Source: Candidatus Latescibacterota bacterium
Lineage (GTDB): Bacteria; Latescibacterota; UBA2968; GCA-2709665
Length of the DNA: 64,000 nucleotides
Reading direction: 5' to 3'
NCBI GenBank assembly: GCA_965205485.1
Contig: OZ242180.1
Coordinates: 1,440,001 to 1,504,000, forward strand
The notes beneath the pieces were generated by a model. That model had not been told where the DNA came from and searched no databases. It saw nothing but the letters and a program-made list of their open reading frames with translations. The position numbers were made by a program, and so were the translations under genes. Below are positions 28,958 through 39,854 of this stretch, piece after piece (position 1 is the stretch's first letter; the number at the start of each line of letters is the position of its first letter).

Positions 28958-30016
28958 TTATCTTCGCACCATGAGCACGCGAATTCCGGTGCGTTCTCCC
29001 CATCCGTGGCCGCGCCTGCGTACCGCCGACCGCACTTCCTGGACGGTGTCCCCGAACGACCCTCCCTTAATCACGTGGAGCGTGCCCGGCCACCCCACGT
29101 TGACGACCGTCTCGGGTCCCGGGCCATCGGGTCCTTTGGGATCGATCCGGGATTCTTCCGAAAATTGGCCGTAAAAGTCCTGAACCCATTCCCATACATT
29201 TCCGTGCATGTCGTAAAGACCCCACGAATTCGGAAAGACGCCGCCTGTTTCCTGGGGCTCCGGACTTCCATAGACGACCCGCCCGTCATCCTGCACGGTT
29301 GCCGCTCGTGAGTTCTCGTAATAGCGGACGTAGTCAACGATTCCAGTCGGGTCGTTACCAAACGACCACGGCGAAGAGGTGCCGGCCCTGCAAGCGTATT
29401 CCCACTCCGCCTCGGTGGGCAATCGGAAGACCTCTTTCCCTTCTGCTTCGTTCAATTTGCGGAAAAATGTATCGACTTCCTGCCACGACAGTCTGTGCGC
29501 CGGAAAGTTCAGCTTCTTTGGATCCTGAGTATATACACCCAGGAGCCACGGCCGCGTACTCATCACGCTCTCCCATTGCGCCTGTGTAAGTTCGTACTTG
29601 GCCAGATAGAATCCCTGTGTAATGGTGACCTCGTGCCGGGGGCCCTCGTCATCGTCCCGACCGGTCTCAGAAACGGGAGACCCCATCAGGAAACGGCCTG
29701 GCTGTATCCAGACCATCTCCAGCTTCGCACCGCCGGGTAGTGTCACCGCAATATCCTCTTCCGGCATACCCTGACCAAACCGTTGCGCGAAGAGGATGAA
29801 ATCCGGAAAATCGACATTTCCGCTGCCGTCGAGATCGAAATTGGATTGATTCGATCCGAATGCCTGAGCGAACAGGATGAAGTCCCCGAAATCCACAATA
29901 CCATTGGCGTCGAAATCCGCATCACGGCCGGTCTGGGCGAACAAAAGCTGCTTCGACGCCAACAGCGCTCCGACGGCAAGCAACGCGATAATTGCATTTC
30001 GTCTCATTTCACACAA
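28958..30016 (-). CDS. Exported dockerin/EF-hand-like + FGE-sulfatase (SUMF1-like) domain protein, copy 1
   Basis: ADFDANGIVDFGDFILFAQAFG...DLDGSGNVDFPDFILFAQRFG; RLPTEAEWEYACRAG, GLYDMHGNVWEW, GIRV. Confidence 0.9.
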   Translation of the reverse strand: MCEMRRNAIIALLAVGALLASKQLLFAQTGRDADFDANGIVDFGDFILFAQAFGSNQSNFDLDGSGNVDFPDFILFAQRFGQGMPEEDIAVTLPGGAKLEMVWIQPGRFLMGSPVSETGRDDDEGPRHEVTITQGFYLAKYELTQAQWESVMSTRPWLLGVYTQDPKKLNFPAHRLSWQEVDTFFRKLNEAEGKEVFRLPTEAEWEYACRAGTSSPWSFGNDPTGIVDYVRYYENSRAATVQDDGRVVYGSPEPQETGGVFPNSWGLYDMHGNVWEWVQDFYGQFSEESRIDPKGPDGPGPETVVNVGWPGTLHVIKGGSFGDTVQEVRSAVRRRGHGWGERTGIRVLMVRR

Positions 30017-30120
30017 ATCTCCCGCTGGTCAGCGAACCACGACGTGTGCGCGATTCGGCATATGACGTCTCAATGACAGGTACCATTACCGACAAGGCGA
30101 TTCACGGCTCCTGATCGAAT

Positions 30121-31159
30121 CTACCTGTATTCCATCAACACGCGAAACCCGGTGAAGGCGTTTGGCACCCACCCGACCGAACGGGAAGCCGACCGTATCC
30201 ACTCGGGGCGGTCGAAACTGGATCCTCCTCGTTCGACGTGGCTGCCACTCGGAATGCGACTTCCGGTGGGACCGTCGGGCCCCATGGGATCGATCTGCGC
30301 CGGTTCTGAATACGGACCGTAGTAATCCTGCACCAACTCCCGCACATTCCCGTGCATATCGTACAGGCCCCAGCGGTTCGGAAATACACCGCCGGTTTTC
30401 TGAACCTCCGGGCTTCCGTAGGCTATGCTACCGTCACCCATGACGATCGTCCGTCGTGAGTTCTCATGATAACGCGCAAAGTCGCCGATTCGGGTCGAAT
30501 CCTCTCCGAACGACCAGCGGGTCGTCGTGCCAGCCCTACACGCATACTCCCACTCCGCTTCCGTGGGCAACCGGAAGATGTGTTGTCCTTCCGCTTCGTT
30601 CAGTTTACTGATGAATGTCTCAACGTCGCTGCCAGCGCATTCTGTTGGCCGGAAAGTTCCCCCGGTCCTGAGAAACCGATCCCGTAACCCAAGGACTGGT
30701 GTTCATGACGCTTTCCCACTGCGCCTGCGTGACTTCGCGCTCGCCCAGGTAGAATCCCTTTGTGATTGTTACCTGATGCTGAGGACCCTCGTCTCTATTC
30801 CGACCGGGCTCTGAAAGAGGCGAGCCCATCAGGAACCTGCCGGGTTGGATCCAGACCATCTCCAGCTTTGCGCCGCCGGGAAGGGTTACCGTTATATTCT
30901 TTTCGGGTGCGCCCTCCCCGAACTGCTTCGCAAACAGGATGAAATCTGTAAAATCCACGCTGCCGCTGCCGTTTAGATCGAAAGTAGATTGATCGGACCC
31001 GAACGCCTGCGCGAACAGGATGAAATCCCCGAAATCCACAATGCCGTTGGCGTCGAAATCGGCGTCACGGCCGGACTGGGCTATTGCAAACTGCCAGGCT
31101 GCCAGCATCGCGCCAATGGCAATCAAGCCAATAAATGCATTTCGTCTCATTTCACACAA
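30121..31159 (-). pseudogene. Frameshifted dockerin-like + FGE-sulfatase protein, copy 2
   Basis: ORFs 30620-31159 and 30121-30570 are the two halves. One extra base at ~30631 (TGG C AGC GAC GTT) breaks W-x-DVETF. May be an assembly error. Confidence 0.8.
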
Positions 31160-31270
31160 ACCTCCTCCTGGTCAACGAACCACGACGAGTGCGCGATTCA
31201 CGATTCGACGCCTGAGTTCTCAACGCGCGGGACCAATACCGACAAAGCGATTCACGGTTCCTGATCGAAC

Positions 31271-32308
31271 CTATCTGTATTCCATCAACACGCGAAAGCC
31301 GCTGCGATGGTTTGGCGCCCATCCGCGAGATCGCACGGCCGACCGTATCCCCGCAGGGCGGTCGAAATTGGTTCCTCCTCTTTCAATATGGCTACGTTCC
31401 GGAGCTTCACCACCAACCGGCATGTCGGGCCCCTTGGGATCGGTCTGGTGCTCTCCAGAATATGGTCCAGAGAAATCATGCACCAACTCCCGTACATTTC
31501 CATGCATATCGTACAGGCCCCAGGCGTTCGGAAATACACCCCCAGTCTCCTGCGCCTCCGGAGGTCCGTAGACGACGCGCCCGTCATCCTGAACTGTCGC
31601 AGTTCGTGAGTTTTCGTAGTAACGTGCGTAGTCACCGACCCGCGTCGAGTCGTCTCCGAACGACCAGGGCGTCGTGGTCCCGGCCCTGCAAGCGTATTCC
31701 CATTCCGCCTCTGTGGGCAATCGATATATTTCTCTTTCTTCCGCCTCGTTCGATCTGCGAATAAAAGTCTCAACATCTTTCCAGCCCACAGAAGTAGCCG
31801 GGTAGTTTACTTTTTTTGGATCTCCGGAAGCTCCGAACCTCGTCCACGGGCGCGTATTCATCACGCTCTCCCACTGCGCCTGCGTGACTTCGTACTTGCC
31901 CAGGTAGAATCCCTTTGTGATCGTAACTTCATGCTGGGGACCTTCGTCATCCCGCCGACCGGACTCTGAAGCGGGCGATCCCATCAGGAACCTGCCGGGT
32001 TGGATCCAAACCATCGCCAAGTTCGCGCCGCCGGGAAGGGTTACCGTAATATCCTTTTCGGGTGCGCCTTCCCCGAATTGCTTCGCAAACAGAATAAAGT
32101 CCGGAAAATCCACGTTCCCGTTGCCGTCGAGATCGAAACCGGATTGATTCGACCCGAACGCCTGCGCGAACAGGATGAAATCCCCGAAATCCACAATACC
32201 ATTGGCGTCGAAATCGGCATCTCGGGAGGGTTGGGCGATCAGAAGCGGCCTCGGTGTCAGTATCGCTGCAAGGGCAAGCAATGCGATAATCATACATCTT
32301 TTTGACAT
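31271..32308 (-). CDS. Exported dockerin-like + FGE-sulfatase protein, copy 3
   Basis: Same architecture as copy 1; start MSKRC at 32308 with RBS AAGGAG. Confidence 0.9.
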   Translation of the reverse strand: MSKRCMIIALLALAAILTPRPLLIAQPSRDADFDANGIVDFGDFILFAQAFGSNQSGFDLDGNGNVDFPDFILFAKQFGEGAPEKDITVTLPGGANLAMVWIQPGRFLMGSPASESGRRDDEGPQHEVTITKGFYLGKYEVTQAQWESVMNTRPWTRFGASGDPKKVNYPATSVGWKDVETFIRRSNEAEEREIYRLPTEAEWEYACRAGTTTPWSFGDDSTRVGDYARYYENSRTATVQDDGRVVYGPPEAQETGGVFPNAWGLYDMHGNVRELVHDFSGPYSGEHQTDPKGPDMPVGGEAPERSHIERGGTNFDRPAGIRSAVRSRGWAPNHRSGFRVLMEYR

Positions 32309-32446
32309 TTCAAGGACTCCTTCAAACAGCCTGGTGCAGGTAAGTGTGGGTGCCAAATCTGAGGTTTCCAGTCACCGACAGCTTTAACAATGCACCTGCA
32401 CAGCGACTCATCACTTCTATAAAGTAGATTTATTCGAATTATTAAT

Positions 32447-32473
32447 CAAGACTCAGCGAGATCGTCCGGGTTC
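32447..32473 (-). promoter_or_regulatory. ECF-sigma-like promoter motif GAACCC-N16-TCTTG
   Basis: Minus strand GAACCC GGACGATCTCGCTGAG TCTTG upstream of the FGE triplet. Confidence 0.45.
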
Positions 32474-32613
32474 AACGAATTGGTCTGTGGTAGGATCCGG
32501 ACAAAAGGCCGCCGACGTTCCCAGGTTCCTGGATATTCACTCAATCACAACGAGGGTGGGGCCAGACATTCCTGTCGTGCCCTTCTCTTTTCCATCATGT
32601 GATGTGGACTGAC

Positions 32614-35600
32614 CTATAGCGCGATAACAAACACCACGTCCTTCTCCGCCCTCTCGCCGCTGTTCATGTCGTTGATTGATACCTTCAGCGAGTATCGGCC
32701 TGGAACCTGTTCATCCACCGCCAGTTCCACGTATTCCGTTTCCCGGTCAGCATCGCCCAGCTGTTCGTACGTAACGGCCAGTTCCTCTCTCTTGCCGGCT
32801 TCCCACCGGAAGAGTCTGGAGATGTTGCTCGCGTTGCCCGGTGATTCCTTCGATGTAATTGTGTAGGAGACGTTGTACTTTGTCTGTCCAAACTCATCCT
32901 TATCCAAATTGTAAATCTCGTAGTAGACGAATACGCTCTGGCCCTTCCTGTAATTTCGGGAAGGCATCGGGACGACATAAAGGTCCCCTTTGGTGAACTT
33001 TCCGGATTCTCTGGTTTCGCCAACCTGCCAGGCCAGTTGGAGGTCGCTAATCTGCAACGCGTCGTCGCCGTAGGACTCCACAATGACCTGCTGCTGATAG
33101 ATGCCCATTCGCCCTCGCAGGCGGTCCTGTGACTTCACCTCCAGCCGGTAGGCGCCGGGCGACAGGTTCAGCTTCAAGACGTCGGGCGCCATCAGGCCTT
33201 CTCCCGCCTGGTTGCCTGCGGCTTCGTAGGTGATCTCGCCCGTTTGCCGGTAGACCGTATCCAGCGAGGATGATATGAGGGCCGCATGGTGCGTCAGAAC
33301 CTGCCTGGTTACGTCCTCGTCCGTAACATAGTGGGCCGGGAGGATGGGGACGCCGTAGTAGATTTCCAGGAGGCTGCGGTCGTCCGCGCCCTTGAAGTCA
33401 GCCAGCGAATAGTGAAAATCCAGAGGTGGTTTTTCGTCTTCGGGGACATAGAAATCTGGAGTAACCGACGACGCTCGTTGGAACATGGATCGTGGAGAAT
33501 TGGTACTCAACGAAGCGGACTGACGTATTGACCTTCCTCCCTGGTTGGTCGGTATCGGGGCATAGTCATAGGTTCCGGAACCGATTTCGTCTGTAAAAGT
33601 GATTTCAATACCACCCGCCACGTCAACATAGATCCAAGTCTCCCAGGGAACCGTACTTGGGTCGTCGCCTGAAGTTACCGGATGATAGTCACCGAATCCA
33701 AGCCGTTCGTCCATTGGCAAAATTCCGATACGGACTTCGTCATCAGGGGCCGGTGAAGGCGTTGTGACCTCCTCAACGGCAGATGTACCTCCTTCGGAGG
33801 TCTCCGAGCCTGTTGAGGCACCAATTCCAAAATCATCGGCAGGGACATCACCTACATCGTCCAGATCGGACGATCCGGATGCATTCTCATTGTTGATGTC
33901 TTTCAAATCATACCAGGCACCATCCAACTGTTTGAGGCTGCGTACGGGGTACACCGGTCCAACAAACGTGTGCGCCCCGACGTCGCTTTTGTAAATCTGG
34001 AAAGCGAGGCGCTCCTTGACTCGCTGTACTTCAAGGCTCTGTTTGAAATTGGGGTCGTCCGACCTGGACCGGTGATCGGGTTCCCGAATCGAATATAGAC
34101 TTCACCTCGTGCATCCCAGGGCTTTTTACTCTTGGAGAACTCCGTGAGTGCGTACCAGACCCGTCTGTAGTGTTCAAGTTGACGTTCGTTGACGGGGGTT
34201 GACAGATCCGGGTCTTTGGAATTCCAGAAGCGCTCCAAATAATCTGCACGGTCCGTACCCTCGGCTTCGCCAAGGCTCTTCAGTTCTTCGCTGGACGCAA
34301 TATGCGTTACATCTTCGTACCATTTTTGCTCATCCGGAGCAAGACCGGAAATGTAGTCTTCGAAGAACCTCATTGCCATATCCAAACTGTCCTGCTTGAT
34401 TGCAGAAATCGCAACGATGGGCATCAGCTCGATTGAATTCGGATGCCTTTGGACAAAGTCGAATAGATGGTTCATAATCTTCGAATAATCTCTGACTTTC
34501 AAGTATGCGATTCCGAGGCTACGTTGCGCATCTGCATCTTCCGGCCGAAGGGCGAGGTATTTGGTATACCATACAACGGCCTTTTCAAATTCCCACGACA
34601 GGTTCAGATAGTAGTCTGCGATCAACAGGCAGGCACCGGCATGCTCGGGGTCCAAATCCAGTACTCTTTTCGCTTCCAATTCGGCATCGCGTTCTTTCAT
34701 ATCATATCGCACTCTGGCCATCTGATACCGGGCATCTACAAACTTCCGATCCTTGATCAACGCTTCAGTGAAATGGTGGATGGCAAAATGCCGCTGCATG
34801 GGCCACGTCTTGTAGAGCATACCCAGGCCATAATGCGCCTCCGCCTTACTTCCCAGCCTCAGAGCCCGGTGGAACGCTTCCTTCGATTCCTTGAATCGCT
34901 TCAATGTCAATAGAACGTGCCCCAGACTGATATATGCTTCGGGATCCTTCGGTCTTTGGCGTGCGACATTTCGGAAAATCAAGCGCGCCTGTTCCAGATT
35001 ATCCCGGTCCACGGCCAGGTTGCCAAGGGAAACAAGACTGTCTACTCGAGCCGGCTGTAGTGCTGATCTCTTCGTGCGAATCCCGTCCGGACCGGAGGAG
35101 CCGTATATCTGCTCTTGACTGTGCCAGAAACAGGCGACGGCCGGTGCGCCGGGCAACTTTTCGGGCTTGTAAAGATAGTCGCTGAAAAGCTTGTATTCGA
35201 AGTTTGCCGGGCAGGAGAACAGCAAGTCAAGGATCGCGATCCTGTCTTTTCGTTCGTTTCCCGCAGGCGAACCTCCGAGCTTTTCTTGAACCGTCCATTG
35301 ATGCAGCTCTTCAAGGTTCGAAGGATCTCTCTCGTCATGGCCTCGCTTGAATCCCTGTATCAAGCCCAGCATGCCGGCCAGGTGTTCTTGACATATGGTG
35401 ATTTCAGTTTCGTGTTTTTTCGATTCAATCCAGAATTCACAGATGTTGATATATCTTGTGCAACTCTTCCTGGAAAGGCCGTATTTGGCGGCTTTATCGT
35501 AGAGGTGTCTAAATGCGCTTCTGGCATTCTTGAACATCTTGTCCGCGTGTTTTTCGTTTCCTCTGTGTAGCGCATTCTTGCCGCGTATATAGAGGTTGAG

Positions 35601-36383
35601 ACCGGCACCGATCATGCCCAACACAATTTCCGAAGAATCCGTTTGGTCCAAGACGGCAGTAGAAAGCGCCTTCGAGTTGGACTCTCGGTCCCGCTTTTCG
35701 TTTTTGGACCTGGCTTCTACCGCTTGCGCCTCACTAATCTCGCCATTGTTGACTTGAATACGGATCGTCGTCAATCCGTCCTGAATACGGCACGAAATTG
35801 ACATTCCATCAGCTGACCACAATACAGGAGGCTCTAGTTTGCCGGCAAACAGAAGCTTTATGCCGGCAGTTTCGTCCGATACCCAGAGGCCACTGTTGAT
35901 TCTCTCGAAGAAGTTCCCTCTATATCCTATGATCGCCAATTTGCGTCCATCAGGAGATGGCGCTATTTCGTCTGGTTGAAAATCATCCGGAAGAGGCCAC
36001 AATTCCTCTTCTGCACCGTCCAGGCTTAATTTCCATATCCCGTTTTTTATAATCGGAAGAGACTGTCCGCCAAAGTAAGAGGATGCCCAGACCTGATTTC
36101 GTAAGCTTCGCTCCAGATATATCAGGCCCTCACCAGCCGGATCAAAATGGAGATCGCCCATTTCTCCAGGGTAAGTCTTGATCCTCATGGGTCGGTTATC
36201 CTCCTTCGATACCACCCATATCTCCGTCACAGAAATCGCACCATCACCACGTTGCAGACCAAGTGCAAGATCTCCGGCTTCCGACGCTACAGTGAGTAAC
36301 TCACGGCCAGACGCTTCGACAGGACGGGGCAAATTTGAAATACAGAACGCAAACACCAGTAGGCTATGCGTAATCCGAGCCAT
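32614..36383 (-). pseudogene. Frameshifted long class A2 TPR + GWxTD-type gene
   Basis: 33903-36383 and 32614-33954 join if one base is restored in the G-run at ~34083-34085 (TTC GG- GAA CCC GAT CAC = FGEPDH). Could be a homopolymer sequencing error. Confidence 0.8.
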
Positions 36384-36450
36384 GACGTTTACCTCCTGCC
36401 ATTCAGATAAACCAATTGTTCAACAGAAAGCCTGAAATGAAAAACGAGCT

Positions 36451-36717
36451 TCAAACTGTTACCGCGTCCAACACGTCGAAGCCGGCCGGCGCAAAGTCCC
36501 TGTCCGCCCTCAACACTCGTTGGAAGGCTCTCATACTCTCTTTAGCGGAGACCCGACCGACCTGCTCCATGGCCGTTTCGTAGAGCCCCTCGGCAAGCCG
36601 GTTATCACCGGCGGCAACTGGCGCCGAGAGGCAGAATCCGAGACACAGAACCGCACAGACAGTTGAAGTCAGTCTTGTGCGGCGTTTTCGTTTTTTGTTA
36701 ATTCGAAGCAAAGGCAT
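36451..36717 (-). pseudogene. Truncated class B paralog (signal peptide + first TPR only)
   Basis: Matches the 6018/11815 N-termini (VCAVLCLGFCL...LYETAMEQVGRVSAKES.RAFQRVL.ADRDFAPA), then similarity ends abruptly. Confidence 0.8.
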
Positions 36718-36865
36718 GTCGTGAAATGCAACTGGCATCCGGGTCTGACGGACTCCGACGCGACGTCCAAAGCCGCATACGCCTATCTATTACAAAGCAC
36801 ATACGCAGTCTGAAGGTCATTATGGACCAATCGATGTTCACAACACAAGCCTCGCTCCGAACACC

Positions 36866-39319
36866 TCACTCAATCACGCGGAACAACACTTCGCGCGCTG
36901 CAATTTGACCGGTATGCATGTCTTTGACTGTCACCGATAGGCGATGCACACCGGCTGGCACGTGAGTCAGGTCGATCTGCAAATAGGTGAAGTCATCCTC
37001 GCGATCCCCCTCATACCGCGCCGTAATCGTGGTCTCTGACCCGTCAAGGCTTCTCTGCAAATTCCTGATACGGCTGGCAAGTTCATCCTCTTCCGGAAAC
37101 ACGTACCGAACCCGGTACGTGACCTCATCCCTCTTCTTCGTGTCAAAATAGTCCGGAACCACTACCGGCGGCGTGACCGGCAATCCCCCAAGAGGCCCAT
37201 CTTCATCCGTGGCTCGCACCGGGGTACGCATTGCCGTCTCCCGAATCCTGATTTCACGCGTGACCTCCAATTGGCTGCCGCCTTCTGGCAACCGCTGCGC
37301 CAAGAACAGGTACGGATCGATCTTCTTTTGTTCCGGACGCCCTAACCGATATGAAATCTCGTACTTTGAACGGCCGAATTCGTCCCGCTCCAGGTTATAC
37401 ACTTCCAGGTAAATGAACGCGGGTTCGGTCCGATGATAGGTCCGCATCGGATTCGCGACGATCGTGAGATCGCTCCTTCCGTTCGGAAACGGTGTTCGTG
37501 ATTCGATTCGCGTGGCCATCAACAGATCGCTCATTGAAAAGAGAGAATCCAATGTCTCGGACCTGCGCGTTTCACGAAACGTACCGATCGATCCCCGCGT
37601 TCGATCACGAACTTCGCCAACCAGATTATACCTGCTGTTCGGCACCTTGAATGCCAACTGAAAAACCAGGTGACTATTACGCAGACTGTCCGCCACGGGA
37701 TACCCGCTGGGTGTCAATTCGGGCCACCTCAATTTGAGATCGGAATGCTTCCGATACACCTCATCCCAATCCTCGTCAAACACAAACACTCCATTCTCAA
37801 TAGCAATGGTCCTGTTCGAATCCGAGGCAGACACGTTATATTTCGGCAGCGCGTAAGCCAGTTCCATACGATGGCTGTCGCCGTCCTTGAAGACTGCAGC
37901 CAGGTAGGGGATTCTGTACTTGTGATGACCATAAGGGTCTATAAAATGCGCAGGTTGATGATCGAACCTGTATCGAGCCGATATGCGACCCGGACGGTTG
38001 TCGAAACGCCAGGAATCCAGCCCGTCGCTATTGACAAAGGAGATTGAAAATCCCTCATAGATCCACGTCTCGTCACCGCCGTGGAAATCTCGGCGGAACG
38101 TGCCCTCGAATGAGTCGACACCTCCACCGATTTCAGGACGCTGTGCCTTCTTCTTGAGATACCGCCCGAACTTGATATATGCCTTCCCGCGGTCCGTCTG
38201 CCATCCCGGAATTCCTTTCAATCGCTCACCAAATCTAAGGTTGGCATACGCCACCCGTCCGTAGTGCTCCATCCGCCGTTCGCTGAAAGCCGTCAGATAC
38301 AGCGGATCTCGTTTCCGCCAGAATCGCACACGCTCAAGGCTATCCGTCCATCCGTTCTGAGTCGTATCGGTCGTCGAAATCGAATCCAGTGCAGATTTCT
38401 CCACCCGGCTTGCAATCACATCCACCGACTCCATTAATGCGCGTTCCTGCTCGGACATTCGCTCAAGGGCACGTCTGTAATACCCATGAGCCGTTTCCCA
38501 TTCACCCATCCCCTGGTATCCCAGCCCACAATAGAGTAACGCGTCCTTGTCCTCGGAAAACTGATCCAGGCATAGCCTTGATGCCGTTACCAATCCTTCG
38601 GGGTTCCTGCTTTCATAATGAATCAAGCCCAAATCGTAATATGCTTCTCGATATCCAGGATCGGCGTCGATACTCTTGGTAAAGAATGCCAGTGCTTTCT
38701 CGCGGTCGCGTGAACCGAATTCCTCCCATCTAAACAGGTGATACGACGGGCCGCCCGCCCCAACTGTTACGTCTATATGCTCCATATTTATGTACTTAAA
38801 GAAGGCTTGCATTGCGAAAAAGCCCGCCATATATGCTGCCTCGGCGCGTTTTTCGGGATAGGTCTGGTATATCTTCTCGTAATGCCTTTCGGCATTCAGC
38901 CAGAGCCCCTGCTTTCCGAGTAACTCACCAAACTTCAATTGATAATCCCCGTTGTCCGGATCCAACCGAATCGCCTCGTCCAGCGCGTTGCGAGCGCTCT
39001 GGCGCGTCAGTGGCGTGTTCATTTCCATGTACAGTTTTGCGATCTGAAAGTGCGCGGGCGCGAATTCCCAGTCCAGCTTCAAGACCTCTTCAAACGCCTT
39101 GATGCTCTCGGTCGGAGACACCTTACGGACTTGGGCTGTTGCCTTGAGATAAAGCGAATCCATTCGCGCAGACTTCGACAAGGCGAGTACTTCGCTTGGC
39201 GAAAGGAACATCAACATCAAGACAGTCAAATGTCTCATTCCAGTGATTCTCCCCCGATGTCTCGAGGCATTTGAGCCGCCCGGCTTCTTGATACCAAATA
39301 AGGCCCCGATAAATTGCAT
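36866..39319 (-). CDS. Exported TPR + GWxTD domain protein, class B (first gene of the array)
   Basis: GWQTDRGKAYIKFG, TPRs. Alternative start MRHLTVLM at 39238 gives a cleaner signal peptide. Confidence 0.9.
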   Translation of the reverse strand: MQFIGALFGIKKPGGSNASRHRGRITGMRHLTVLMLMFLSPSEVLALSKSARMDSLYLKATAQVRKVSPTESIKAFEEVLKLDWEFAPAHFQIAKLYMEMNTPLTRQSARNALDEAIRLDPDNGDYQLKFGELLGKQGLWLNAERHYEKIYQTYPEKRAEAAYMAGFFAMQAFFKYINMEHIDVTVGAGGPSYHLFRWEEFGSRDREKALAFFTKSIDADPGYREAYYDLGLIHYESRNPEGLVTASRLCLDQFSEDKDALLYCGLGYQGMGEWETAHGYYRRALERMSEQERALMESVDVIASRVEKSALDSISTTDTTQNGWTDSLERVRFWRKRDPLYLTAFSERRMEHYGRVAYANLRFGERLKGIPGWQTDRGKAYIKFGRYLKKKAQRPEIGGGVDSFEGTFRRDFHGGDETWIYEGFSISFVNSDGLDSWRFDNRPGRISARYRFDHQPAHFIDPYGHHKYRIPYLAAVFKDGDSHRMELAYALPKYNVSASDSNRTIAIENGVFVFDEDWDEVYRKHSDLKLRWPELTPSGYPVADSLRNSHLVFQLAFKVPNSRYNLVGEVRDRTRGSIGTFRETRRSETLDSLFSMSDLLMATRIESRTPFPNGRSDLTIVANPMRTYHRTEPAFIYLEVYNLERDEFGRSKYEISYRLGRPEQKKIDPYLFLAQRLPEGGSQLEVTREIRIRETAMRTPVRATDEDGPLGGLPVTPPVVVPDYFDTKKRDEVTYRVRYVFPEEDELASRIRNLQRSLDGSETTITARYEGDREDDFTYLQIDLTHVPAGVHRLSVTVKDMHTGQIAAREVLFRVIE

Positions 39320-39439
39320 ACGCAGCCCCTGCTGCCTACCGTTGCACGAAAAAACACGTCATTCACGAGAATCGAACTGATATTCGCACTTCGACACAAA
39401 TCGCACCAAATCCTCCGATTAAATCCGTCTTCCCCGGTA

Positions 39440-39469
39440 CAAAAGACACGAGCCCGGCCGGGTGGGTTC
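39440..39469 (-). promoter_or_regulatory. ECF-sigma-like promoter motif GAACCC-N17-TCTTTTG
   Basis: Minus strand GAACCC ACCCGGCCGGGCTCGTG TCTTTTG. Confidence 0.6.
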
Positions 39470-39586
39470 GGTAAACCTGAGCCGCGCGGTCGAACACGAA
39501 ACCCCTGCTTCCGGCAGCCGTTACGTGACGCTTCGACCCCTTGAGTTCTCATCGGAATGGCTGCCCGCGCCGCCCTTTTCGGACGT

Positions 39587-39603
39587 CGCAATCTTCGTAC
39601 CAG
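39587..39603 (-). promoter_or_regulatory. Sigma54 (-24/-12) promoter
   Basis: Minus strand CTGGTACGAAGATTGCG versus consensus YTGGCACGRNNNTTGCW; exact GG-N10-GC spacing; oriented into the array. Confidence 0.75.
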
Positions 39604-39701
39604 ACCGCAAAATAAAATTCGCCTGTGCTGCTACGCACAAGCGAATTAAAAACAACAACTTTTTTCGAACTAATTCAGGCCGTCACAGGACTTTCAACGC
39701 A

Positions 39702-39726
39702 CAGACGTATACGTTGTATACATCTG
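39702..39726. promoter_or_regulatory. Candidate enhancer (UAS) dyad 1
   Basis: CAGACGTATAC-GTT-GTATACATCTG, a near-perfect palindrome ~100 bp upstream of the -24 box. Confidence 0.55.
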
Positions 39727-39829
39727 AATCTCTTCAACAGTGCGCCCTTTGAGGGCTTCGTTTTTTGATTTGCTAAATAACATACTCTTACAACATAAGC
39801 AACATCGTCTACGGTATTAAACGAATTAC

Positions 39830-39846
39830 TGTATACGTCGTATACA
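39830..39846. promoter_or_regulatory. Candidate enhancer (UAS) dyad 2
   Basis: TGTATAC-GTC-GTATACA (TGT-N11-ACA), same core as dyad 1. Confidence 0.55.
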
Positions 39847-39854
39847 TATCCCGC

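Noticed and set aside
28958..32308. Diversity-generating retroelement acting on the FGE tails
   Set aside because: No reverse transcriptase or template repeat in the window, and differences include many synonymous third-position changes (CCC/CCT, GCT/GCC, GGG/GGC). A remote DGR cannot be excluded without a genome-wide search.
34080..34090. Programmed frameshift or phase-variable tract
   Set aside because: The G-run is only 3 nt and there is no canonical slippery heptamer; error or mutation is simpler.
39235..39591. 118-aa ORF as a leader or precursor peptide
   Set aside because: Starts inside the sigma54 -12 box, has no RBS, and overlaps the ECF-like motif and the next gene.
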